A stretch of DNA of 64,000 nt, from the IMG/VR virus record IMGVR_UViG_3300032285_001531. One strand, given 5' to 3'. The translations under genes and the position numbers were made by a program. The notes beneath the pieces were generated by a model that was given only the letters and a program-made list of their open reading frames with translations, was not told the origin of the DNA and did not search any database. Below, in pieces: positions 1-7,969 of this stretch. The DNA is from a virus (Duplodnaviria > Caudoviricetes). Numbering within the stretch: position 1 is the first letter of the stretch; every line of letters starts with the position of its first letter.

Positions 1-6
1 TAAATA
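1..6 (+). promoter_or_regulatory. TAAATA putative phage late promoter
   Basis: TAAATA upstream of ATG 30; the same hexamer recurs 4-7 nt before starts at 4102, 31590, 33996, 44049 and (minus) 50656; resembles the T4 late promoter TATAAATA. Confidence 0.45.
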
Positions 7-29
7 CTTAATATATTTGGAATTATATC

Positions 30-1109
30 ATGAAAATAAACTCATTACTAGAATCTACAACATCAGGATCAGTAGCATCAGTCTCTACTCCTGTTGGAAA
101 AATGCAAAAACGTGGAGGGTCTATGTTTAAGGGAAAAACTACTAACAAACCCTTTTACGAAGAAAAGAAGGACTGCGGCTGCCCTGCTGAATGCACATGC
201 AGAAAAGTAGATGAAGCATTTGATACTACTAATCCAAAAGAATATCTCATTACTGTTCATCATCAAACACAAGATGGAGAGAGTGGTAAAGCTGAATATA
301 AAATTACTAAGGCAAATGATGCCCGTCATGCTAAAAATATAGCAATGCTTAGGCATAGAAATGCGTTAGAAGTTAAAGGTATTAAATCCAAATCAATGCA
401 TTGTAGTAGTCAAGATGTTAAAAATGTAGACGAAGGTGCAATGCCCCAATCAGTAATCAGAGCCAAAGAGAATATTCGTATGGCCAGCGATGAAGAAAAC
501 AAGAAACGTTTTGCTGGTAAAACTAAAGAAGAATTAGCAAGCATGGCACGTAGACATGGTTATAAAGATAAAAATCCTTATGCTAAATTTCATGACGGTA
601 AAACAGGAATCAATGAAGGTTCAATTAGTAACGCATTAGTTGCAGTAGAGGAAGCTAGACTAAGCGAAGAAGATTTAATTTTAATGCCAGGACAAGGTGT
701 TAGATTCAAAAAAGAATTAATGCCAAAGAAAACAGACCATGAAATTGAAATGGCACGTGGTCAATTATATCAATCAGCAAAAAATGCAAAAGACATCTGT
801 GGCATGCTAAAAGGTATCAGCGAAATACAAGGCATTGACGCATGGGTACAATCAAAAATTACCACAGCAGCAGACTACCTAGAAACAGTACGTGCATATT
901 TAGAATCTAAGTATGAAATGCAACATGAAATTGATGAGGCTACCCCACGTGAAAAATTTAACAAGGGTTTGAAAAAAGCAGGATACGATCCACATAAAGG
1001 TGCAGATCGTTTGTTGGCATTACTTGCTAAACAAGCAGAAGAACGCAAGAAGTTTGAAAAAGAACTGCCTTTTGTTTATGGTGATAAAGACAAGGATGAA
1101 CAGAAATGA
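30..1109 (+). CDS. Hypothetical, probable internal head protein
   Basis: 359 aa; N-terminus MKINSLLE; charged segments bounded by xxE motifs (VDE, INE, IDE). Confidence 0.6.
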   Translation: MKINSLLESTTSGSVASVSTPVGKMQKRGGSMFKGKTTNKPFYEEKKDCGCPAECTCRKVDEAFDTTNPKEYLITVHHQTQDGESGKAEYKITKANDARHAKNIAMLRHRNALEVKGIKSKSMHCSSQDVKNVDEGAMPQSVIRAKENIRMASDEENKKRFAGKTKEELASMARRHGYKDKNPYAKFHDGKTGINEGSISNALVAVEEARLSEEDLILMPGQGVRFKKELMPKKTDHEIEMARGQLYQSAKNAKDICGMLKGISEIQGIDAWVQSKITTAADYLETVRAYLESKYEMQHEIDEATPREKFNKGLKKAGYDPHKGADRLLALLAKQAEERKKFEKELPFVYGDKDKDEQK

Positions 1110-2371
1110 GAGCATTTGAATTTTTAATTGAGAACGAAGAAGCTGCATCAAATTTACCAGGTGCAGTTAATGGAGTTAAGATTATGACACCGCAACAATT
1201 TGTTGGTGACGAAGAAGAAGTGGATGAAGCTACTAAACTACCTGCACCACAAAAACAATTTGGTGGGCAAGAGTTTCAGGACTACATGCAACGTATTGTA
1301 GGTACGCCTGATATTGATAAAAAAACTGGTCAACCTAAAGTAGATAAAAAGGGCAAAGAAAAGTATGTGTCTGGTAAATTAAAAACAGACAAGTTTAAAA
1401 TGCCATATATCCATCGTAGCAGTGTTGTTGAATACTATGATGAAAAAGGTAAGAAATTCAATGAAGATGCAGTTATTAATGCATTGAAAGTGCGCAAAGA
1501 TTCATTGTTGAAACAAAATGAAAAAATGAAGCACAGTAATGGTGCATTAGAGCAGTTCTTCAATGTAGGCTTTGCAGCACTAACAGGTATCGCAGTAGAT
1601 GAAAGCACTGATAAGTTAATCATTGTTAATACTTGTCCAGGTGCCGGTGCATGTAAAGTAGATTGCTTTGCTATGAAGGGCGGTAAGATTCAATTTAAAG
1701 GTGGTTGGTTAAGTGATGGTCGTATTCTAACAGAATTACTAAATGACCCGCAGGGTTTCAGTAGTAGACTATCAAATGAGATTGCTAAAGAAGAAGCATT
1801 AGGTAAAAAAGGTGGCTATAGTGTTACAGTGCGTTGGCATGACGCAGGTGATTTCTTTAGTCCTGAATATTTGGACCTAGCATTAGATATTGCAAAGCGT
1901 TTCCCTAATGTTAAATTCTATGCTTATACTAAAATGGCTGGTGCAGCACTAGCAAATAAGCCAAGTAACTTTATCATCAACTGGTCAGAAGGCGCACATA
2001 CTTCACAAGAGAAACAAATCAAATCACAAGATCCACAGTTGACGCAGACTAAGAACAGTCGTATTGTTCCTGAGAAACTATTTTGGGACTTACTAAAGAA
2101 AGACGAGAAAGGCAACCTAGACAAAGAGGGTGCTAATGCTAAAGGTGAAGGTGGTCGTTGGGTAACAAGCGGACCAGAAGCAACACAAGAACTAAAACAA
2201 CGTTTAGCACAAGCATATGGTCTAAGTGCAAACAGTATTCTGTCATATGATGAGTACATCTCTAAAGGCAAAAACTCTCCTATGAAGTGGAACGTTATAG
2301 TTGCACCTGGTGAGGGTGATCTTAGCGCAAATGATCCAAACGTATTAAGTACATTATTATTGAGGCACTAA
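1106..2371 (+). CDS. Gp88-like (radical-SAM-like) protein with CTS-like N-terminus
   Basis: NTCPGAGACKVDC Cys cluster, VRWHDAGDF and FYAYTK motifs; N-terminus MRAFEFLIE. Confidence 0.65.
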   Translation: MRAFEFLIENEEAASNLPGAVNGVKIMTPQQFVGDEEEVDEATKLPAPQKQFGGQEFQDYMQRIVGTPDIDKKTGQPKVDKKGKEKYVSGKLKTDKFKMPYIHRSSVVEYYDEKGKKFNEDAVINALKVRKDSLLKQNEKMKHSNGALEQFFNVGFAALTGIAVDESTDKLIIVNTCPGAGACKVDCFAMKGGKIQFKGGWLSDGRILTELLNDPQGFSSRLSNEIAKEEALGKKGGYSVTVRWHDAGDFFSPEYLDLALDIAKRFPNVKFYAYTKMAGAALANKPSNFIINWSEGAHTSQEKQIKSQDPQLTQTKNSRIVPEKLFWDLLKKDEKGNLDKEGANAKGEGGRWVTSGPEATQELKQRLAQAYGLSANSILSYDEYISKGKNSPMKWNVIVAPGEGDLSANDPNVLSTLLLRH

Positions 2372-2372
2372 A

Positions 2373-2816
2373 ATGTTAGCAGATAGTTTAAAAGTAGTAT
2401 TAGCAAGTAGTTTCACTTTTTATTTAAAAGCACACAACTTTCATTGGAACGTTGAAGGTTCCAATTTCTCAGAATATCATAAATTTTTGGATGAGTTGCA
2501 AGCTGAAGTGTTTGAGAATGCGATTGACCGTAGCGCAGAATTTATTCGTGTACTTGACCATTATGCTCCAGGTAGCTTGACACGTTTTCATGAATTAAGT
2601 ATAATTGAAGATCAGGTAAAAGTACCACGTGCTGAGTTAATGATTGCTGAATTATACGAAGATAATGCCAAAATCATTGAGATGTTAAAGCAAGTGTTTA
2701 CAATAGCAGAAGAAGCTAACGAAGAAGGCATTGCCAATTTCATAGCAGAACGTATTGATGCACATGGTAAACATTCATGGATGCTACGTAGTTTTCTCAA
2801 AACAAATAGAGAATAA
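2373..2816 (+). CDS. dps: Dps / ferritin-like DNA-binding protein
   Basis: HNFHWNVEG, HKFLDEL, D-x-x-AE ferroxidase motifs, KHSWML C-terminus; 147 aa. Confidence 0.92.
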   Translation: MLADSLKVVLASSFTFYLKAHNFHWNVEGSNFSEYHKFLDELQAEVFENAIDRSAEFIRVLDHYAPGSLTRFHELSIIEDQVKVPRAELMIAELYEDNAKIIEMLKQVFTIAEEANEEGIANFIAERIDAHGKHSWMLRSFLKTNRE

Positions 2817-2875
2817 TGGATCCAAACAACACACCAGACAATGATTTACCTGTAATACCTTATGGGGAACATTAA
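2816..2875 (+). CDS. 19-aa micropeptide MDPNNTPDNDLPVIPYGEH
   Basis: Fills the gap exactly, with TAATG stop/start overlaps at both ends; below the ORF-track cutoff. Confidence 0.5.
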   Translation: MDPNNTPDNDLPVIPYGEH

Positions 2876-3093
2876 TGGAAGAAATCACATCAGATAACAT
2901 CGATCAAATGAGGGAGAAGTTTAAGCCTAAGAAAAAGGCTAACATTATTCCAGAAGAATTGATGAGCAAATCTGCAAGTTATGATGACAAACTACTCTTA
3001 GCTAAACTTCTTTCCGAAAAAGAAAGTAAACGAGTAATCTTAGTTATAAAACAAATGCTTAAAGCAGATAGTAGTAAATCAGGGATCAAATAA
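2875..3093 (+). CDS. Hypothetical protein
   Basis: 72 aa, coupled to both neighbours. Confidence 0.65.
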   Translation: MEEITSDNIDQMREKFKPKKKANIIPEELMSKSASYDDKLLLAKLLSEKESKRVILVIKQMLKADSSKSGIK

Positions 3094-3308
3094 TGGTTGC
3101 CGAAATGTTGATGTATGGCTTTGTTAGTGCCTTTGGATGGTGGGGAGCAAATCATTATATTATTGAACCACACCTTGAATCTAAACCTGTATTAATGGAA
3201 AAAGAAAAGCAAGAACAGAAATGCACTGACTGGGAAGAAAAAAAGAATCCAGACGGAACGATTAATAGATTTAGAACCTGCGAATCGTTATCAAAGACTT
3301 CACCTTAG
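3093..3308 (+). CDS. Small membrane-anchored protein
   Basis: Hydrophobic N-terminus, C-terminal Cys pair. Confidence 0.65.
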   Translation: MVAEMLMYGFVSAFGWWGANHYIIEPHLESKPVLMEKEKQEQKCTDWEEKKNPDGTINRFRTCESLSKTSP

Positions 3309-3374
3309 GACCGTGAGGGCGCGGCTGCTGCGTTATCCAGAGGAGTCGTGCCCCGAGGGTAAAAGTGAGCCTAA
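3305..3374 (+). ncRNA. Candidate structured RNA in the desaturase 5' leader
   Basis: GC-rich island: TTAGG 3305-09/CCTAA 3370-74, GGGCGCGGC 3317-25/GTCGTGCCC 3345-53 (two G-U pairs), TCC-AGA-GGA hairpin, GA/GA internal loop. Confidence 0.45.
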
Positions 3375-3380
3375 CTAATT

Positions 3381-4085
3381 ATGACAATACTACTTTATAC
3401 ACTAATCACTACACACATTACAATTCTATGTGTCACACTATTTTTACATCGTGGACAAGCACATAAAGGATTTGTATTTCATCCTACATTAAGTCACTTC
3501 ATGCGTTTTTGGCTATGGCTTACAACTGGGATGATTACAAAAGAATGGGTAGCAGTACATAGAAAACATCATCAACTTACTGACATACAAGGTGATCCAC
3601 ATAGCCCACATGTATATGGTATACAGAAAGTAATGATTGAAGGTGCATTATTATATCATGAAGCAGCAAAAGACGAGAACATGGTAAAGCATTATGGAGT
3701 AGGAACTCCTGATGACTGGGTAGAACAAAACGTATATACTAAACATAGTAAGTTAGGAATCAGTTTACTATTAGTATTAGACATGCTATTCTTTGGGTAT
3801 TGGGGAGTAGTAGTTTGGGGAATACAAATGATATGGATACCCTTCTGGGCTGCAGGAGTTATTAATGGCTTAGGACATTGGTATGGATATCGCAATACTG
3901 ACACTAAAGACTTCTCTACAAACATCACAAAAATAGGTATTGTTGTGGGTGGAGAAGAACTACACAACAATCATCACGCTGAACCCGCAAATCCAAAATT
4001 CAGCAGAAAATCCAATGAATTTGATATCGGTTGGCTATATTTTCGCATATTTTCTCTTTTAGGTCTTGCTACGCTACGAGACTAA
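3381..4085 (+). CDS. Membrane fatty acid (delta-9 type) desaturase
   Basis: Three His boxes HRGQAH, HRKHH, HNNHH; hydrophobic segments; FDIGW C-terminal motif. Confidence 0.92.
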   Translation: MTILLYTLITTHITILCVTLFLHRGQAHKGFVFHPTLSHFMRFWLWLTTGMITKEWVAVHRKHHQLTDIQGDPHSPHVYGIQKVMIEGALLYHEAAKDENMVKHYGVGTPDDWVEQNVYTKHSKLGISLLLVLDMLFFGYWGVVVWGIQMIWIPFWAAGVINGLGHWYGYRNTDTKDFSTNITKIGIVVGGEELHNNHHAEPANPKFSRKSNEFDIGWLYFRIFSLLGLATLRD

Positions 4086-4101
4086 AACGATAAATATATG
4101 A

Positions 4102-4986
4102 ATGAGAATTACCGATTTTAAAATACACGATACCGAAAAACTAGACCATATACTAGTAAAACTCTGCCAAATGGTTATTAATGGCCAAAAGCAGGATAGT
4201 GACTATTTTGGTATGGTTGCTGCTTGTGTCCTAGACACCCATAATGAAGAAGTCTGTGCCCTAAACTATGTAGTAAAAGACGGCAAACATGTACATGCAG
4301 AACGAGCAGCAATAGACAAATATCACAAACAATATGGTGATATTCCAGCTGGTAGCATTATCATTACAACTTGCAGTCCATGCAGTGAAATGATGACTGA
4401 GCGTTACGGAGATTCTTGTACTAACTTAATAGAAGAAGTTGGTGTACATAAAGTATATTGCGGATACGAAGATCCTACACAAGATAGCAGTGAAAATTAT
4501 GTTCATAAAACATTCCATGTAAAACAAACCCGCAATGAAAAGATTATAGAACTATGCAAATCGTTTGCGGACACTTTCTTAGAAAAAGAAAAGATTGCTG
4601 AAACTAAACATATTATGGAAGAAATTAGAAAAGTCAATGCAGATGAGTTAACTCCAAAGTTTGTTGCATGGGCTAGTAAAATACTAAAATTAGAAACTAC
4701 ACCAGAAATAGAATTAAGCTACGATACAGAAGAAGCGCAAGACGGACATCATACTGGTCGTCATACTGAAGGTGATAACAAAGTTTGGGTATATGCTAAG
4801 AACAGAAACTTAGTTGACATATATCGTACAATATTCCATGAATTAGTTCACGTAAGACAAGGTGAATTAAACATGATTAAGCCCGGTGATAGTTATCCCG
4901 GCAGTCCAATAGAACAACAAGCTGATGTACTTGCAGGTAAGTATATCAAAGTATTTGGAGCAGAACATCCGGAGATTTTTCAATGA
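4102..4986 (+). CDS. Zn-deaminase domain fused to a zincin-like HExxH domain
   Basis: HVHAE...TTCSPC...C in the N-terminal half; TIFHELVHVRQ...E in the C-terminal half. Confidence 0.7.
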   Translation: MRITDFKIHDTEKLDHILVKLCQMVINGQKQDSDYFGMVAACVLDTHNEEVCALNYVVKDGKHVHAERAAIDKYHKQYGDIPAGSIIITTCSPCSEMMTERYGDSCTNLIEEVGVHKVYCGYEDPTQDSSENYVHKTFHVKQTRNEKIIELCKSFADTFLEKEKIAETKHIMEEIRKVNADELTPKFVAWASKILKLETTPEIELSYDTEEAQDGHHTGRHTEGDNKVWVYAKNRNLVDIYRTIFHELVHVRQGELNMIKPGDSYPGSPIEQQADVLAGKYIKVFGAEHPEIFQ

Positions 4987-7061
4987 AGATTAAAAACGTT
5001 ATAAGCGAAGATTTACCCCCACCAGAAAATGCACGTAAGACACAGATTGCTGGCACATTACCTACATACAAGAAGGCAGCTGCCATGCTTGATAAGACAG
5101 GTGTAAAGGGCAAGGCATTAGACTTTGGTGCAGGATTAGGTTTAGGCACAGGTGAGTTAGGAAAAGATGCAGAAAGCTATGAGCCTTATCCAGGCGAAAA
5201 GTTCAAGCCACACTTTGTCGATGTAACACAGATACCAGATAATGCATATCATAAGATTGTAAACTTAAATGTATTGAATGTTGTTCCAAATGCAGGTGAT
5301 CAAAGAATACGTGATGCCATTGTTAAGAACATTGGTCGTGTACTAGCACCAGGTGGTGTAGCAATTATTACTACACGTGGTAAAGATGTATTAACTATCA
5401 AAGGTACTCCTGGCGAAGAGCCAATGAGCATGATTAGTAAGATAGGTACATATCAAAAAGGCTTCTCGCAAACTGAACTAAAACAATATGTTCAAAGTGT
5501 ATTAGGTGACGGCTTTGATGTATCTAGTGTTAAGTTAGGCCCAGCTGGTGTAATGATTAAGAAACATGACCAGTATAACGAAGAATGGAGTGCCAAATAC
5601 AAGCGTAGTATTAATTGTAGTCATCCAAAAGGATTTAGTCAAAAAGCACATTGTGCTGGTAAGAAGAAGCACAATGAAAGTGTTGAGATGGAAATGGTAT
5701 GTGAAGATTGCGGCATGTGCCAAACACACGGAGATAATACAAAAGATAAATTAGATGAGTTGAAATGCTGGTCTGGATATCATAGAGTTGCCGGTACCAA
5801 AGCAGGCTTTCCGGGTAGTTGTGCAAAAAATAAAACTAACGAGGAACAAGATATGTCAGAAGGTCGTGAACAATGTCCTGAATGCGGTGGTGCAATGTAT
5901 TCAGAAGAAATGATTAATGAAAAGAAAGATGCTTGCTACTATAAAGTAAAAAGCCGTTACAAAGTATGGCCAAGTGCCTATGCTAGTGGTGCATTAGTTA
6001 AGTGCCGTAAAAAGGGTGCAAGTAATTGGGGTAATAGTACTAATGAAGATATCGTTTCAGAATATGTAGACCAATTAGATGAGAATTTACATCAGTGGTT
6101 TAAAGAAAAATGGGTACGATTTGGTCCAGATGGTAAGATACGTGGTGATTGTGCTAGAGGTGATGACAGTGAGGGTAAGCCAAAATGTTTACCACAGAGT
6201 AAAGCACACAATTTAGGTAAAAAAGGTCGTGCAAGTGCAGCATCAAGAAAGCGCAGAGAAGATCCTAATCCAGAGCGTACTGGTCCAGCAATCAATGTTA
6301 ACACTAAGAAAAAATCAAATGAAGGTATGGCAGAAGCAACCGGAGACAAGCCATTTGATAATATGATGAAGGGCATTGTTAAAGGTACTACAAAACAAGC
6401 TACTGCTGATCGTAAAGAAAAAGAAAAACAAAGTCAAGAAAGAGCAAGAGCCGCATTTGGAAATATGTTTGGCGGTGGTAATCCTGCAGACAAACTAAGT
6501 ATCAGAAAAAAAACTGACGAAGGCAACGATTTTAACAGAATGATGAATAAGATTAGTTCTTCAGAATCATTGCACACTAGAGAAGCATTAGAACTAATGT
6601 CTGAACTTATGCATCAAGCAGGTGCATCATACAAAGAAGCACTACAGCAAGCAAGTTTAAGTTTTGAAATTGAACCTTCTAAATTACATAAGTTATATCA
6701 GCAAGAAATCACTAGTCTAGAAGAAGGTGAGACATGGGCAAAGCATAACAACCCACGTGCTGGTGGCATGAGTAAGAAATCAGTAAACAGTTATCGCCGT
6801 AGCCATCCTGGCAGTAAAATACAAACAGCAGTTACTACTAAGCCAAGTAAGTTAAAGAAAGGTAGTAAAGCAGCTAAACGCCGTAAGAGTTTCTGCGCTA
6901 GAATGCGTGGCATGAAGAAACATCGTACTGGTGCAAAGACAGCGAGAGATCCAAATAGCAACATCAATAAGTCATTACGTAGATGGCATTGCGAAAGCAT
7001 TGAACAAATGCAAGAGTTGGTAATGTTAGCCGAACAGTTTATTGCAAAACATAAAAAATGA
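4983..7061 (+). CDS. Class I SAM methyltransferase domain followed by concatenated small basic/Cys modules
   Basis: ALDFGAGLG motif I and NLNVLNVV; then Lys/Arg-rich units (CSHPKGFSQKAHC, KDACYYKVK..WPSAYASG, RRKSFCARM) between acidic xxE spacers. Confidence 0.7.
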   Translation: MKIKNVISEDLPPPENARKTQIAGTLPTYKKAAAMLDKTGVKGKALDFGAGLGLGTGELGKDAESYEPYPGEKFKPHFVDVTQIPDNAYHKIVNLNVLNVVPNAGDQRIRDAIVKNIGRVLAPGGVAIITTRGKDVLTIKGTPGEEPMSMISKIGTYQKGFSQTELKQYVQSVLGDGFDVSSVKLGPAGVMIKKHDQYNEEWSAKYKRSINCSHPKGFSQKAHCAGKKKHNESVEMEMVCEDCGMCQTHGDNTKDKLDELKCWSGYHRVAGTKAGFPGSCAKNKTNEEQDMSEGREQCPECGGAMYSEEMINEKKDACYYKVKSRYKVWPSAYASGALVKCRKKGASNWGNSTNEDIVSEYVDQLDENLHQWFKEKWVRFGPDGKIRGDCARGDDSEGKPKCLPQSKAHNLGKKGRASAASRKRREDPNPERTGPAINVNTKKKSNEGMAEATGDKPFDNMMKGIVKGTTKQATADRKEKEKQSQERARAAFGNMFGGGNPADKLSIRKKTDEGNDFNRMMNKISSSESLHTREALELMSELMHQAGASYKEALQQASLSFEIEPSKLHKLYQQEITSLEEGETWAKHNNPRAGGMSKKSVNSYRRSHPGSKIQTAVTTKPSKLKKGSKAAKRRKSFCARMRGMKKHRTGAKTARDPNSNINKSLRRWHCESIEQMQELVMLAEQFIAKHKK

Positions 7062-7969
7062 GAGCAATAGAGTTTTTAGTAGAGTATGATCGTGCTAAGA
7101 CGATGATGAACTTAGGTAATATCCTACATCAAAAAATGTTGAAGGATCGTACTGTACAACGTATATTCGGTGATGACCCTGTAGAGATAATCGATCCGGC
7201 TGTGATAATTGAATTTGCATTAGATAGATTTCAAGAGGCAGATCCTAGTCCTAACAAACAATATGTTCAATGGATAGCAAGAACCTATGCTAAAGATCCT
7301 AACTTCAAATTTGAAGATGTATTAAGTACTGTTCATCCATACTTAGAAAAGTTTTATAAACTAATCAAACGTAAAAAGATTCCTAGTCCACAAAACGATA
7401 TAAACAAGTATTCTGATTTTAAAGTTTTTATGGGAGTACTGGATCAATTTCCTGATCCAGACGGTGAAGCAATACAAAAAGATAAAGGTCATGCTTTCAC
7501 ACTATACGAAGATGATAAGTGGAGAGTTATAGTACCACAAGATGAACCAGCAGCATGTTATTATGGTCAAGGCTCACGTTGGTGTACTAGTGCAACCAAA
7601 GCTAGAAACATGTTTAGCTATTATAATAATATATCTCCATTGCTTATTGCGATTCCAAAAGATCCATTTCATCCAGGTGAGAAGTATCAATTACACTTTG
7701 GTATATCAATTGATGATTACCCAATGAAAAGTGATAGTGATATAGAAGATTATATTAATCAAAATGATGACATGTCTGATTCAGGACTTGATGAAGTACT
7801 TGAGTATGGTCAAATAATGGATGAGCATGATGATCCAATGTCATTCTATGATATGACACGTAGATTGGGTGGTAGTTGGGATGGAATTATTGACGCATAC
7901 ATTGCTAAATTCCCAGATCGTAAATGGCAATTACTTATGAATTTAGAACAAGTTGAAGGTCGTGATTAA
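7058..7969 (+). CDS. Hypothetical with CTS-like N-terminus
   Basis: MRAIEFLVE; ACYYGQGSRWCTS motif. Confidence 0.7.
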   Translation: MRAIEFLVEYDRAKTMMNLGNILHQKMLKDRTVQRIFGDDPVEIIDPAVIIEFALDRFQEADPSPNKQYVQWIARTYAKDPNFKFEDVLSTVHPYLEKFYKLIKRKKIPSPQNDINKYSDFKVFMGVLDQFPDPDGEAIQKDKGHAFTLYEDDKWRVIVPQDEPAACYYGQGSRWCTSATKARNMFSYYNNISPLLIAIPKDPFHPGEKYQLHFGISIDDYPMKSDSDIEDYINQNDDMSDSGLDEVLEYGQIMDEHDDPMSFYDMTRRLGGSWDGIIDAYIAKFPDRKWQLLMNLEQVEGRD

